Source: Rhodothermales bacterium
Lineage (GTDB): Bacteria; Bacteroidota; Rhodothermia; Rhodothermales; JANQRZ01
Length of the DNA: 64,000 nucleotides
NCBI GenBank assembly: GCA_038232935.1
Contig: JBBSMX010000001.1
Span: 9,585 to 73,584 of the forward strand
Direction: 5' to 3'
Shown: piece by piece, positions 63,437 through 64,000 of the stretch
How the letters are laid out: each line of letters opens with the position of its first letter
Numbering within the stretch: position 1 is the stretch's first letter
Translations under genes and position numbers: made by a program
Notes under the pieces: model-generated
Seen by the model: only the letters and a program-made list of their open reading frames with translations
Database searches by the model: none
Told to the model about the DNA's origin: nothing

Positions 63437-64000
63437 TCATCCCACCTCTAACGCCGCCTCGCGCGCGCGCTCCGGCGTCACGTCCAGCTCCATCCCCGGT
63501 GGGCACGGCGCGATGGGAATGCGGAGCGCGTGGAGGCCCTGGACCCCCGGCATCGGCTCGACGTCCATGGCCTCGATGCGCCCGTCGACGTAGCCGGCCG
63601 CACGCAGGTAATCGAGGTAGGTGCGGTACTCCTCCACGTCGCGGGTGTGGGAGAGCACGAGGGCGAGCGTGCCCGGCTGCGTGAGCCGCTCCTCCGTCCC
63701 GGCAATCGTCGCCTTGTCGATCCGCTTCTTGACGATCTCGTAGCGCGTGTTGTACGCCCCGTCCACGTCGAACTGCTTCTCGTCGTAGCGGAAGCGGATG
63801 GCGATCGGGCTGCTCTGGATGAGGATGAGGTGGGCTGTCTCCAGCGGCATCGGTAGGTCCGGTGCGATCCGGTCGAGCGCCCACGCGGTGCTGCACGTCG
63901 TCATGAGCTGCCAGAGGCGGAGGTTGCGGAGCGCGAGGGGGTCCACCTCCCCCTCTTCGAGAAGCGCGGCACCGGCGTATATGGTGTACTCGACGCCGTC
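63437..64000 (-). CDS. hypothetical protein, 3' part only (gene continues beyond the window end)
   Basis: The frame is open from 64000 down to the stop at 63437. ..FRYDEKQFDVDGAYNTRYEIVKKRIDKA.. I associate this with C-termini of some GAF-domain proteins, but am not sure. Confidence 0.5.
   Translation of the reverse strand, partial: DGVEYTIYAGAALLEEGEVDPLALRNLRLWQLMTTCSTAWALDRIAPDLPMPLETAHLILIQSSPIAIRFRYDEKQFDVDGAYNTRYEIVKKRIDKATIAGTEERLTQPGTLALVLSHTRDVEEYRTYLDYLRAAGYVDGRIEAMDVEPMPGVQGLHALRIPIAPCPPGMELDVTPERAREAALEVG

Overview
Visibly GC-rich bacterial chromosome segment. A T9SS-type C-terminal sorting domain, a GldE-like gene and leaders lacking a Shine-Dalgarno sequence suggest a Bacteroidota/Rhodothermota-like lineage, but that is inference only. 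I found no rRNA, tRNA or CRISPR array. Core content: (i) a minus-strand cyanophycin locus (isoaspartyl dipeptidase, cyanophycinase, CphA, a small frameshifted membrane-protein gene, and a Mur-ligase-only CphA paralog lacking the ATP-grasp domain); (ii) purF, an NSS transporter, a gldE-like gene, ssb and mazG; (iii) a sulfur operon (two YeeE/YedE genes, an MBL-rhodanese fusion, TauE) whose first gene is cut by an IS701-family element that itself carries a nested IS5-family element; (iv) the histidine-utilisation genes hutU/H/I/G, interleaved with unrelated cargo; (v) fabH, a hydrolase and a large metallophosphoesterase-Omp85 protein. The most interesting region is 52.9-59.2 kb. It is a tightly coupled cyclic-mononucleotide cluster: a DUF5706/'Pycsar-effector'-like membrane protein, an MBL hydrolase, a receiver-fused class III cyclase with a Glu/Gly specificity pair, a histidine kinase, a stand-alone cNMP-binding protein, an AI-2E permease and SixA. 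Accessory material is abundant: an ~8 kb variable island (TA pair, tandem-domain Arr, caspase-EF-hand-Sel1 protein, candidate ~400 nt ncRNA, IS110 remnant), cargo bracketed by duplicated 3' ends of sixA and fabH, an AT-rich island abutting hicA, and a GIY-YIG cassette with 27-bp perfect inverted repeats. Several short tandem duplications and apparent frameshifts need read-level confirmation. All homology calls rest on motifs recognised by eye, not on searches.
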